From contig JANNVX010000067.1 in NCBI GenBank assembly GCA_031414595.1, positions 1 to 64,000 on the forward strand: a DNA stretch of 64,000 nt, in the 5' to 3' direction. The stretch comes from Deinococcales bacterium (lineage in GTDB: Bacteria > Deinococcota > Deinococci > Deinococcales > JAAFIG01). Below the pieces are notes generated by a model, which was not told the origin of the DNA, did no database searches, and was given only the letters and a program-made list of their open reading frames with translations. Shown piece after piece: positions 19,788-28,837 of the stretch. Position 1 is the stretch's first letter; each line of letters starts with the position of its first letter. The position numbers and the translations under genes were made by a program.

Positions 19788-20858
19788 ATGCCAGCCACTT
19801 CATTGCAAAACCTGATTGAATCCATCCAGTCCCCCAGTCAAACCGCACAAGCATCGGCTCGAGAACGACAAGCCAAACTGACCAAGCCACTTGGCGCACT
19901 CGGGCGACTCGAGGACTTAAGCATTTGGTTGGCTGGGATTCAAAACACCGACTTTCCCGAAATTAAAGGTAAAATTGTGATTGTTTGCGCTGCTGACCAC
20001 GGTGTCACAGCCGAAGGAGTTTCGGCGTACCCAAGTGCTGTCACCCCTGCGATGGTACAAAATTTCTTGGCTGGTGGGGCTGGGATTAACGCGATTGCTC
20101 GAGTGGTTGGGGCAAAGGTCAAAGTGCTTGATGTGGGCGTGGCTGCGCCCCTCGAGCCTCACCCTGATTTAATCGCTGCCAAAGTACGATTCGGCACGCA
20201 AAACTTTTTACACCAAGCCGCCATGACCCGCCAAGAAACCGTCAGTGCTATTCTTGCTGGTGCAAATGCTGCCAAAGAAGCCATTGAAGGTGGCACAAAC
20301 CTTTTGGTGGCTGGGGATATGGGCATCGGTAACACCAGTGCCGCCAGTGCTTTAACGATGTGGTACGCCAATACCAGTTTAGATTTGAGTGTTGGACGCG
20401 GGACTGGCATAAACGACACCATGCTCGAGCATAAGCGCCATGTGGTTCAAGCTGCTGTCACTCGAGCTAAAACAGAAAATGCTGATTCACTGGACAGGCT
20501 CACAGGTTTATCCCAACTCGGCGGACTCGAGATTGCCGCCATGACTGGCATCATGCTTCAAGGTGCAGCCAGCCGTGTCGCTGTCCTTGTGGACGGTTTT
20601 ATTGCTGGTGCTGCCGCCCTAGCCGCCTGCGCCATTGCTCCACTCACCAGAGAATACTTGTGTGCTACCCATGTTTCGGTTGAACCCGGTCATCTCGCCC
20701 AACTTGAGTACCTTCGTCTCGAGCCTTTGTTTAATCTTGGTTTGCGCCTCGGCGAAGGTACAGGCGCGACCCTTGCCATTCCGATGCTCGAGGCGGCTGC
20801 CAGAACCCTATCGGAGATGGCAACTTTTGAAAGCGCCGCCGTACCAGATAAAGCATAG
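19788..20858 (+). CDS. cobT: Nicotinate-nucleotide-dimethylbenzimidazole phosphoribosyltransferase
   Basis: LTKPLGALGRLE, ADHGV, GDMGIGNT, GGLEIA and LRLGEGTGA motifs. Confidence 0.96.
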   Translation: MPATSLQNLIESIQSPSQTAQASARERQAKLTKPLGALGRLEDLSIWLAGIQNTDFPEIKGKIVIVCAADHGVTAEGVSAYPSAVTPAMVQNFLAGGAGINAIARVVGAKVKVLDVGVAAPLEPHPDLIAAKVRFGTQNFLHQAAMTRQETVSAILAGANAAKEAIEGGTNLLVAGDMGIGNTSAASALTMWYANTSLDLSVGRGTGINDTMLEHKRHVVQAAVTRAKTENADSLDRLTGLSQLGGLEIAAMTGIMLQGAASRVAVLVDGFIAGAAALAACAIAPLTREYLCATHVSVEPGHLAQLEYLRLEPLFNLGLRLGEGTGATLAIPMLEAAARTLSEMATFESAAVPDKA

Positions 20859-20940
20859 AGCAGAGAAAAAGGAGAAACGAGGCAAAATGCCTTTTACCCT
20901 TCGCCTTTCGCCCTTTGCCTTTCTGTTACGATAAGCCCCG

Positions 20941-21465
20941 ATGAAAACTTTTTTGAGTACGGATGCCGATGCCTATAAAGGCGTGGCTCGTCTGTGGGCT
21001 TCTACCGTGACCGTGGTCACAGCTAAACGCAAAGCTGAATTTGTCAAAGATGGTGTGCCAGAACAAGATGGGTATACGGCAACGGCTTTTTTGACGATTA
21101 GCATTGACCCGCCAATTATTTTGGTATCACCTGCAAATGGCGGTAGTGCCTATTCGATGTTGGCAGAATCAGAGCATTTTGCAGTGTCTATATTGGCTTC
21201 AAGCCAACAATCGATTGCCGATGCCTTTGCTAAACCCTCGAGTCAACGCAGCGCCAATTGGGATACATTCGCTTGGCATTCCGACAGCAACGGCAGCCCA
21301 ATTCTCGAGGGGGCGCTGGGGGCTTTTAGTGCCAAAATTAAGCAACTGATTCCGGCGGGCGACCATACGATTGTGCTGGGCGATGTCACCGAAATTCATC
21401 ATGGCGACGTTGGAGAGCCACTGGTTTACTTTAATCGGGCTTATGGAAAGCCCAGTAGTCTTTAA
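20941..21465 (+). CDS. Flavin reductase-like protein
   Basis: VTVVT, SIDPP, GDHTIVLGDV and PLVY motifs. Confidence 0.9.
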   Translation: MKTFLSTDADAYKGVARLWASTVTVVTAKRKAEFVKDGVPEQDGYTATAFLTISIDPPIILVSPANGGSAYSMLAESEHFAVSILASSQQSIADAFAKPSSQRSANWDTFAWHSDSNGSPILEGALGAFSAKIKQLIPAGDHTIVLGDVTEIHHGDVGEPLVYFNRAYGKPSSL

Positions 21466-21563
21466 TAAGCCTTGAATAATAAACAAGTTTTAAGAAGTCC
21501 TCATAAGACCCATCCCGAATTACTGCTATGGTATTAACAGTTCGTTGTGAAGGAGGAACACAT

Positions 21564-22997
21564 ATGAAATTCAAAGCCTTACTCAGTGCCGCATTCGCCC
21601 TCTTCTCAGGTATTGCCTTGGCGCAATCCGCCCCAGTTGCTTCGCCCCAAGGAATTGTGGTTAATCCAACCCCAACCAGTCTAAAAGTCCAAGTTGCGGT
21701 CAATAAAGCAGGAGAGAACCCACTTTACAGCCAAGGTGAAAGTCTAAAAATCTCGGTCAGTGTCAACCAAGACGCATACGTTTATGCTTTTAACATCACA
21801 TCTACCAATGATGTTGTGGTGTTATTGCCCAACGGTTTTTCTAATGGCACACCGTTTTTACGTGCCAATGAAACCCGTACTTTCCCTGGTGTAAACGATC
21901 AGTATACCATCGAAGTCTCTGCTCCTTATGGTCAAGAAAAAATCTTTGCCTTGGCTTCAAAAACCCCACTTGACTTATCCAGAATCATTCCGCAAGTCAC
22001 CAGTGGGAATTTTACCCAAGCCACAGTTCAGGGTACTGGCTTAGCCCGTCCTCTGGCTTTGGTTGTTACACCATTACCACCCCAAGATTGGACTTCGGAT
22101 TATGTTGATTTCCGCACCCAAGCTCGAGTTGCTGTACAAACCACAGGTATCCTGCGTGTAAGTAGCAACGTTAATGGCGCTCAAGTCTTTGTGGACAATG
22201 TTTTTGCAGGCAACACCCCCGCTTCAATTACTGTAGCGGCTGGTCAACACTCGGTTCGTGTAAGCGCCAATGGTTTTACCGAGGCAACCCAAACGGTCAG
22301 TGTACGTGGTGGACAAACCGTAGACCTCAACTTTAATTTGCGCTCAGTGGTGCAGAACGGCACAATCACCGTGCTGGTTTCTCCAGCCGATGCAACCGTA
22401 TTTATAGATGGTGTCCGCGTTGGCAATGGTTTACAAACCGTAACTGTCGCACCAGGTCAACACACTGTTCGTGTGGCAGCCAATGGTTACACCGATTTCA
22501 ACCAAACAGTTAATGTCAGTGCTGGCGCAAATGTCACAATTCGCGCTACTTTACAACCAATTGTGCAGAATGGTGCGCTGCAAGTCAATGTTCCAAATGG
22601 CGCTCAAGTTTATATTAACGGTGCTTTGATCGGTTCAAATTCGGGTCGAATCACCGTTCCAGCCGGTCAATACGCCATTCGTGTTGTTCTTGGTGGCTTC
22701 CAAGATTTCAACACCACGGTTGTTGTCCAAGCCAACCAAGTGACCACAGTCAACGCCGACCTGCAACCTTTGGCTGGTAGCTTACTGGTTCGCAGCAACA
22801 CCGCCAATGCAACTGTCTATATTAACGGTAGCGAAGTTGGAAAAATTGGTAATGATGGTGTTTTACGGGTCAACAACTTACCAGTTGGCAACCATGAACT
22901 AACCGTTGTTGCACCTGGTTTCCGCACCCAAGTCCTGCAATTCAGCATCCGTGCTGGTGCAGTCACAGAAATTTTTGCTAATATGGTACGCCTGTAA
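21564..22997 (+). CDS. Secreted DUF4384 + multiple PEGA-domain (S-layer-associated) protein
   Basis: Signal peptide; YSQGE...DAYVYAFNI...LLPN domain; four GA.V.I(D/N)G...G.H.VRV...G(F/Y) repeats; AGGAGG RBS. Confidence 0.88.
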   Translation: MKFKALLSAAFALFSGIALAQSAPVASPQGIVVNPTPTSLKVQVAVNKAGENPLYSQGESLKISVSVNQDAYVYAFNITSTNDVVVLLPNGFSNGTPFLRANETRTFPGVNDQYTIEVSAPYGQEKIFALASKTPLDLSRIIPQVTSGNFTQATVQGTGLARPLALVVTPLPPQDWTSDYVDFRTQARVAVQTTGILRVSSNVNGAQVFVDNVFAGNTPASITVAAGQHSVRVSANGFTEATQTVSVRGGQTVDLNFNLRSVVQNGTITVLVSPADATVFIDGVRVGNGLQTVTVAPGQHTVRVAANGYTDFNQTVNVSAGANVTIRATLQPIVQNGALQVNVPNGAQVYINGALIGSNSGRITVPAGQYAIRVVLGGFQDFNTTVVVQANQVTTVNADLQPLAGSLLVRSNTANATVYINGSEVGKIGNDGVLRVNNLPVGNHELTVVAPGFRTQVLQFSIRAGAVTEIFANMVRL

Positions 22998-23021
22998 GCA
23001 ATCAGTATGGTACGCCTGTAA
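22982..23021. repeat. 16-bp direct repeat at 24-bp period duplicating the gene end
   Basis: TATGGTACGCCTGTAA at 22982 and 23006; the first copy ends with the stop codon. Confidence 0.9.
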
Positions 23022-23060
23022 CCCGTTCAGTGTAAGTAATCCAGTAAGAAGTACCTCGAG

Positions 23061-23086
23061 ACCTCCCAGTAATCTGGGAGGTTTTT
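23061..23086 (+). terminator. Intrinsic terminator
   Basis: ACCTCCCAG-TAAT-CTGGGAGGT followed by TTTT. Confidence 0.85.
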
Positions 23087-23136
23087 GTTATGCAAAACAC
23101 CTGACAAAACTTGTCAACTAAGCTAGACTGCACCCC

Positions 23137-23565
23137 ATGAGTCTCGAGACCCTAGAAGCCCAAGTCCAACACTTTGAAACCCTAGACAACAGCGCCAGAA
23201 TTCAAGCCCTGATAAACTTAGCCCAAAATGTCAGTCAACTCGAGCCAAAGCATAACGAGACATGGGATTTTACCGAAATTCGTCAAGACCAAGAATGCTT
23301 AGACGAAATGGGTTTATATCTGCGGCACAACAAAAACACGCTCGAGCTTGCCGCAACTGTTGGCAGTGAAGCCACCACCCTGACACGGGCATTAACGGCT
23401 GTCTTGGTGCAGCACCTAAACGGCGAAACCAAAGACCGCATTCTCGAGTTAAAAGACTGCTTCGTACCGCGTTTAGTCGGCGAGAGTTTATTGCGTCAAC
23501 GTCGTAACGCTGCCTATTACCCCTTGCGCCGTATTCAAGATGCGGTGCGGCACTTTCGAAAGTAA
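23137..23565 (+). CDS. SufE-family protein
   Basis: 142 aa; RIQALI.LA, single Cys (QEC), SEA..TR, RILEL and RQRRN pattern. Confidence 0.7.
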   Translation: MSLETLEAQVQHFETLDNSARIQALINLAQNVSQLEPKHNETWDFTEIRQDQECLDEMGLYLRHNKNTLELAATVGSEATTLTRALTAVLVQHLNGETKDRILELKDCFVPRLVGESLLRQRRNAAYYPLRRIQDAVRHFRK

Positions 23566-23763
23566 TTTTTTTTACTTGTGCCTGTGTAATCACAGGCTGC
23601 TCAAGAACACCAGTCGGAGACTGGCGTTTTGTCGGGTAGGTAGCATGAGTGTTCTCTGAATCACTTGTGAAGTTCTGTATAAAAAACCTCTTTGTTACCG
23701 ACGTATGAAAAGCCTTTAAGGAAACAGACTTGATTCTCATAATTACTCTCATATACTAAGCCT

Positions 23764-24441
23764 ATGGACAGAAAACCATTGGTGCTGGTCGTTGAAGACG
23801 AAAAAGACATTGCCCGTTTTATAGAACTCGAGCTTGCCGCCGAGGGCTACCAAACCGAAGTGGCATTTGATGGTGTGACCGGACTTAGTAAGTTCCGTGA
23901 AGTCAACCCAGACTTACTGATTCTTGATTTAATGCTGCCCGTCTTAGACGGTCTCGAGGTCGCCCGCCGAGTGCGGAAAACCAGTAATACCCCGATTATT
24001 ATTTTGACCGCTAAAGACAGCATTTCCGATAAAGTCGAGGGCTTAGACGCTGGGGCAGACGATTACTTAATTAAACCCTTTAGCATCGAAGAACTTCTGG
24101 CTCGAGTCAGGGCGCATTTGCGGCGGGTCAATCCGGCTGTAACGGGCGAAGTGCGGGTCGCAGATTTGGTCATGAACCTAGACGGGCGCGAGGTTTTTCG
24201 TGGTGGTCGGCGGGTCGAGTTATCAGCCAAAGAATTTGAACTGCTCGAGTTACTAGCCCGTAACCCCGGTAAAGTCTTTAGCCGTTTTGAAATCGAAGAA
24301 AAAGTCTGGCCCGAATACACTGGTGGCAGCAATGTTGTGGATGTCTACATTGGCTACTTGCGCCGTAAGCTCGAGGAATCTGGTGAACGCCGTTTGATTC
24401 ACACCGTCCGTGGTGTTGGTTATGTGCTGCGCGAGGAATAA
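23764..24441 (+). CDS. OmpR-family response regulator
   Basis: [33 protein letters not shown] and HTVRGVGY motifs. Confidence 0.97.
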   Translation: MDRKPLVLVVEDEKDIARFIELELAAEGYQTEVAFDGVTGLSKFREVNPDLLILDLMLPVLDGLEVARRVRKTSNTPIIILTAKDSISDKVEGLDAGADDYLIKPFSIEELLARVRAHLRRVNPAVTGEVRVADLVMNLDGREVFRGGRRVELSAKEFELLELLARNPGKVFSRFEIEEKVWPEYTGGSNVVDVYIGYLRRKLEESGERRLIHTVRGVGYVLREE

Positions 24442-24484
24442 GAGCTAGGGTTAAAGGGTAAAAAGTAGAAAGCGACCCAGCCCG

Positions 24485-24526
24485 TGAGCGCGAATAGCCC
24501 GTTAGGTGCTGTTTTATGAGCAAGAA
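24485..24526 (+). repeat. Dispersed 42-bp repeat (copy 1)
   Basis: TGAGCGCGAATAGCCCGTTAGGTGCTGTTTTATGAGCAAGAA is 38/42 identical to the reverse complement of 59580..59621. Confidence 0.85.
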
Positions 24527-24645
24527 GGTGCATCTTTAGCGACCCAAGCCCGAAGGTGCTGTAGTTGTGGTCAAGAAGGGTCAAGAAGGGTGAAAGTAAA
24601 AACCTTTAACCTTTTTACCTTTTCGCCTTTTCTACTGGGGTTTTT

Positions 24646-26112
24646 ATGACTTTGCGTTGGCGTTTGACTTTACTTTACAGTGGTTTGTCTGGGTTGCTCT
24701 TGGCATTGGCGTTTATTGTCACCTATGTGGGGGTTCGTAATACCTTACTCAGTTCCTTTGAGCGCGACTTGGACAGTACCCTGACTCAAGCGGTTGAAAT
24801 CATGAAGGGCAGTGAATTCTACATTCCTAAGCCAGAACAATGGAATGTGTTTGCTCGAGATGCATATGGGCAAGTGTTGCAGTACGATGCGACTGAATTT
24901 GTGGCGACAGAGTTTTTGCAGCTTCAATCGCCAACCTCGAGTCGAAATGCGAATCTGAACGATAAGGATTTTTCTGATATTGATTTGACTTTAGAGGCTT
25001 GGACGCAAGTTGAACGAACAGGGCAGTACCGTGGTTTAGGGCGACTTTCGGCAAGCAAAGAAAATGTTCAAGTTCGAGTTGAACGTTTTGAAGCGATTCA
25101 ATTGGCGGGTCAAGCATTTATTCCGATTGTCTTGGTGGCAAAGTCAAGCGACGACATCAACGGGGTTCTCGAGACGCTACAAAGGGCTTTATTTGTGGTG
25201 GCACTGGTGGGGATTATCGCGGCGGGAATCTTGAGTTATTTTGCTGCCCGTAGTGCTTTAAGTCCCATTACCAGTGTGCGTGATGCGGCGGCTGGCATTG
25301 GTGGGCGTAACTTAAATTTACGTGTGCCGGAACAAGGCACACGCGACGAAGTAGACGACCTTGCCAAAACCCTGAATGCCATGCTCGAGCGTTTAGAATC
25401 TAGTTTTGAAACCCAGCGCCGCTTTACCGCCGATGCCAGTCATGAACTTCGCACCCCTGTCACGGCAATTGCTGGTCATGCTTCGTACCTGATGCGCCGT
25501 ACCAATCCAACGGAAGCCCAAAAAGAATCCCTTGAAGCCATCACCAATTTATCGGTGCGGCTTGGGCGCTTAATTGGTGATTTACTTGATTTAGCCCGTG
25601 CCGATGCGGGTTTTGGTGTGGAACGGGTTTCAACCAACCTGATGAGTCTTGCCGAGGATGTGCATCTCGAGGTTGTGGCAATTGCGGGCAACACCGAAAT
25701 TGAATTGCTGGGAGAATCGGCACTGCGGGCATTGATTGACCCCAACCGAGTGCGGCAAGTGATTCGTAATTTGGTACAGAATGCCTTAAAAGCTGGCTCG
25801 AGTAAAATCACGGTAGAAATTAGCAAAGAAGAAACCACTGCCCGCATTACGGTGCAAGACAATGGTTCAGGGATTGCGGCAGAACACTTAAGCAAGCTCT
25901 TTGATCGCTTTTACCGCGTGGATACATCGCGTGACCGAGCGGCGGGTGGCAGTGGTTTAGGTTTAAGTATTGTCAAATGGATTGTTGAGGCGCATCAGGG
26001 AAGTATTGATGTCTCGAGTGAACTTGGTGTGGGAACAAGAATCGAGGTACGTTTTCCAATTGGCGATGTTGGACTGCCAAGTATTCTTAAAAGCCCAACG
26101 CCACAAGGTTAA
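24646..26112 (+). CDS. HAMP-domain sensor histidine kinase
   Basis: Two TM segments; HAMP; ASHELRTP, NLVQNA, DNGSG, FDRFYR and GSGLGL motifs. Confidence 0.96.
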   Translation: MTLRWRLTLLYSGLSGLLLALAFIVTYVGVRNTLLSSFERDLDSTLTQAVEIMKGSEFYIPKPEQWNVFARDAYGQVLQYDATEFVATEFLQLQSPTSSRNANLNDKDFSDIDLTLEAWTQVERTGQYRGLGRLSASKENVQVRVERFEAIQLAGQAFIPIVLVAKSSDDINGVLETLQRALFVVALVGIIAAGILSYFAARSALSPITSVRDAAAGIGGRNLNLRVPEQGTRDEVDDLAKTLNAMLERLESSFETQRRFTADASHELRTPVTAIAGHASYLMRRTNPTEAQKESLEAITNLSVRLGRLIGDLLDLARADAGFGVERVSTNLMSLAEDVHLEVVAIAGNTEIELLGESALRALIDPNRVRQVIRNLVQNALKAGSSKITVEISKEETTARITVQDNGSGIAAEHLSKLFDRFYRVDTSRDRAAGGSGLGLSIVKWIVEAHQGSIDVSSELGVGTRIEVRFPIGDVGLPSILKSPTPQG

Positions 26113-26119
26113 CGTCTTG

Positions 26120-26146
26120 GTGGGCAAGGCATGCCTCACCCTTTAC
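26120..26146. repeat. Degenerate REP-like palindrome between convergent genes
   Basis: GGGCAAGGCA|TGCCTCACCC imperfect palindrome followed by TTTAC, resembling GTAG-type REPs. Confidence 0.4.
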
Positions 26147-26196
26147 AACCAATGATCTGGCTATTCCCAATTAGAAGAGTAAGTTTAGATGAATCT

Positions 26197-28068
26197 TTAA
26201 TCAGCAGCCACCAATTCAAAACTCACACCTAGATTTGCCAGCACCTTTTTGATTCCAGCCGTGTCTATACCTGCTTGACGGTGCAAACTGCTAACTTCGG
26301 CATGATCCATAAATGAATCTGGAATACCCAAAAGCCTGACCTCTGGTTTTAGGTCTTGGCTGGCTAAATGCTCCAAGACCGCACTGCCAAAGCCGCCAAC
26401 AATCGTGTTGTCCTCGATGGTGATAATGGCTCGAGCCGAACGCGCAATACCCTCGAGCATGGTGGTGTCCAGTGGTTTAACAAACCGAGCATTGACCACC
26501 CCGACACCCGTTGTGCCTTTGACTGCCTCGAGTGCATAAGTAATGGTATTGCCTGTGGCTAGAATCACAATATCATCGCCGCCCACTAAGCGCTCCCAAG
26601 TTCCCCAAGCAATCTGTTTGCTCGAGCCTTCTGGAACTGGTTTAACCCCACCACGCGGATAACGAATCGCAATTGGTCCACTCATGGTCAGGGCGGTGTT
26701 TAGCATGGCACGAAGTTCGACGGCATCTTTGGGAACACCAATCTGAACATTTGGTACAAGTCGCAAATACGAAATATCAAAGACCCCATGATGGGTTGGT
26801 CCGTCTGCGCCAACCACGCCAGCGCGGTCTATTGCAAAAATCACATTGAGGTTTTCGATGGCGACATCGTGAACCAGTTGGTCAAAGCCACGTTGCAAGA
26901 AGGTCGAGTAAATCGCCACAATCGGGCGCACCCCGCGAAGCGCCATACCAGCCGCCGCCGTAACCGCCACTTCTTCGGCAATGCCCGTGTCCAAATAACG
27001 TTCTGGATGGGTTTGGGCAAACTCGACCAAGCCCGAGCCTTCGCGCATGGCTGGGGTAATCATATAGACATCTTTGCGCTCATGACAGATTTCGATGGCT
27101 GCATCACCAAAGGCATTTGACCATGTGTAGGACTTGCCAACTTCTTCGGGGTCATCCACATCAAACTTAGCCGGGCTGTGCCAATAAATCGGGTTTTCTT
27201 CGGCAATGTCCATGCCCTTGCCTTTGCGGGTGACAATATGCAGCACCGTGGGTCCTTCGAGTTCTTTAATATGCTCGAGCAGATAAACCAGTTCTTTAAC
27301 ATTATGCCCATCTACCGGTCCGACATAGCGCAGGTTCATGGCAGTGAACGGATTTTTGCTGTGTGGGTCAAAAAAAGTTCTGGCGGCATCCTTTGCCCTC
27401 GAGACCAAACCGCCCAAGGCTTTACCGACCAGTTTTTTACCACCTTGTTCGGCACTTTGAAACCAGCGCTGAACTTGTAGGGTACGAAAATAAGCATTCA
27501 TTGCGCCGACATTCTCAGAAATGCTCATTTCGTTGTCGTTGAGGATAATCAGCATTTTGGTTCGTTTATAGCCAATGTTGTTCAGGGCTGCCAATGCCAT
27601 CCCACCCGTTAAAGCCCCGTCACCAATAATTGGAATGACATGAAAATCTTCGGCTAAACCATCTTTGACCAGTGCATCCCGAGCCAGTGCCATGCCAAAA
27701 GCATTGGCTAAACTGGTGCTGGCGTGTCCGACGGTAATCGCATCGTGTTCGCTTTCCGAGACCTTGGTAAACCCGGACAAGCCACCTTCTTTTTTAATCG
27801 TGTCCATCTGGGCTTTACGACCCGTCAGGATTTTATGCCCATACGCCTGATGCCCAACATCCCAGAGCAACCTGTCTTTTGGACTCGAGAAAACCCTGTG
27901 CAGCGCCACGGTCAGTTCAACTGTGCCGAGGCTCGAAGCCAGATGCAGCCCGCCCCTCGAGCAAACCCGAATGATTTCGTTTCGCACATCTTGGGATAAA
28001 GTCTCGAGTTCATCAAGTTCAAGTTTTTTTAGGTCTTCTGGTAGGTTTACACGGTCTAGGACGCTCAT
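26197..28068 (-). CDS. dxs: 1-deoxy-D-xylulose-5-phosphate synthase
   Basis: [32 protein letters not shown] and [13 protein letters not shown] motifs. Confidence 0.98.
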   Translation of the reverse strand: MSVLDRVNLPEDLKKLELDELETLSQDVRNEIIRVCSRGGLHLASSLGTVELTVALHRVFSSPKDRLLWDVGHQAYGHKILTGRKAQMDTIKKEGGLSGFTKVSESEHDAITVGHASTSLANAFGMALARDALVKDGLAEDFHVIPIIGDGALTGGMALAALNNIGYKRTKMLIILNDNEMSISENVGAMNAYFRTLQVQRWFQSAEQGGKKLVGKALGGLVSRAKDAARTFFDPHSKNPFTAMNLRYVGPVDGHNVKELVYLLEHIKELEGPTVLHIVTRKGKGMDIAEENPIYWHSPAKFDVDDPEEVGKSYTWSNAFGDAAIEICHERKDVYMITPAMREGSGLVEFAQTHPERYLDTGIAEEVAVTAAAGMALRGVRPIVAIYSTFLQRGFDQLVHDVAIENLNVIFAIDRAGVVGADGPTHHGVFDISYLRLVPNVQIGVPKDAVELRAMLNTALTMSGPIAIRYPRGGVKPVPEGSSKQIAWGTWERLVGGDDIVILATGNTITYALEAVKGTTGVGVVNARFVKPLDTTMLEGIARSARAIITIEDNTIVGGFGSAVLEHLASQDLKPEVRLLGIPDSFMDHAEVSSLHRQAGIDTAGIKKVLANLGVSFELVAAD

Positions 28069-28081
28069 AAGGTACTCCTCA

Positions 28082-28744
28082 CTACTTCTTAAAATTATAA
28101 TTGATTAAAACCAAACCCTCGCGGCTTTGGACTTCGCCAATAAATGGCACAAAACGAATCCGTTGCGATTCGATTACGGGGTCGGACTTACCGCTTAAAT
28201 CTTCCAAACGGTTATCGCGCAGAATTAAAAAAGCATCGTAATCGGTGTTGGCAACACGGTACTTTTCTTTGGCAACGACCCTGAACTGATAGGTGTAACG
28301 CAACTTTTGCGGGCTTTGCTTGGGGATGGTCAGGGTGGCGTTGCTTGTACCGCTCCAAGTTTTACCAATCACCAAGTCTTTTTGTGGTGGGTACTCGAGA
28401 ATTGGGGTTTCATAGACCAAATCATAAAAATTTGCTGAGCCTTGGGCAATCAGTTGGACACCGCGTTCATCAAATTGCCGAAAGTAACTGATGTCTTGTC
28501 CGCGTCCGATAAAACGCATTCCGGTTAAAATTCGTCCGTTATAACTCTGAGGTCCCTCGATTCGCAGCGTGTACGGGGTGCTGTCGTTGCGCTCACCGTC
28601 TTTAAGGTATTGCCAAATTGCCCCAGATTGACTTGGATAAAACGCTACATTTGCCCCCGTCCCAGTTTGCCCTGTGACTCGAGACGGTGTTTGTGGGGCG
28701 CAAGCTGCTAAAGCCAGCACCAACCCTAAAGCGGCAATTCGCAT
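28082..28744 (-). CDS. Hypothetical lipoprotein
   Basis: Lipobox LAAC after [11 protein letters not shown]; start 28744 is 7 nt after TAGACT. Confidence 0.8.
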   Translation of the reverse strand: MRIAALGLVLALAACAPQTPSRVTGQTGTGANVAFYPSQSGAIWQYLKDGERNDSTPYTLRIEGPQSYNGRILTGMRFIGRGQDISYFRQFDERGVQLIAQGSANFYDLVYETPILEYPPQKDLVIGKTWSGTSNATLTIPKQSPQKLRYTYQFRVVAKEKYRVANTDYDAFLILRDNRLEDLSGKSDPVIESQRIRFVPFIGEVQSREGLVLINYNFKK

Positions 28745-28837
28745 AACAAAAAGTCTATTCCAAACAACACCAAAAAACTGTGTTCTAAGCATCTCAAATT
28801 AGTAGCACAGCTTCTTCTAACTAACCAGAGTTTTTTA

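Noticed and set aside
21489-21505. OmpR-type box TTTAAG-N5-CTCATA upstream of the PEGA gene, similar to 23705-23720
   Set aside because: Too degenerate and too few copies to support from this window alone.
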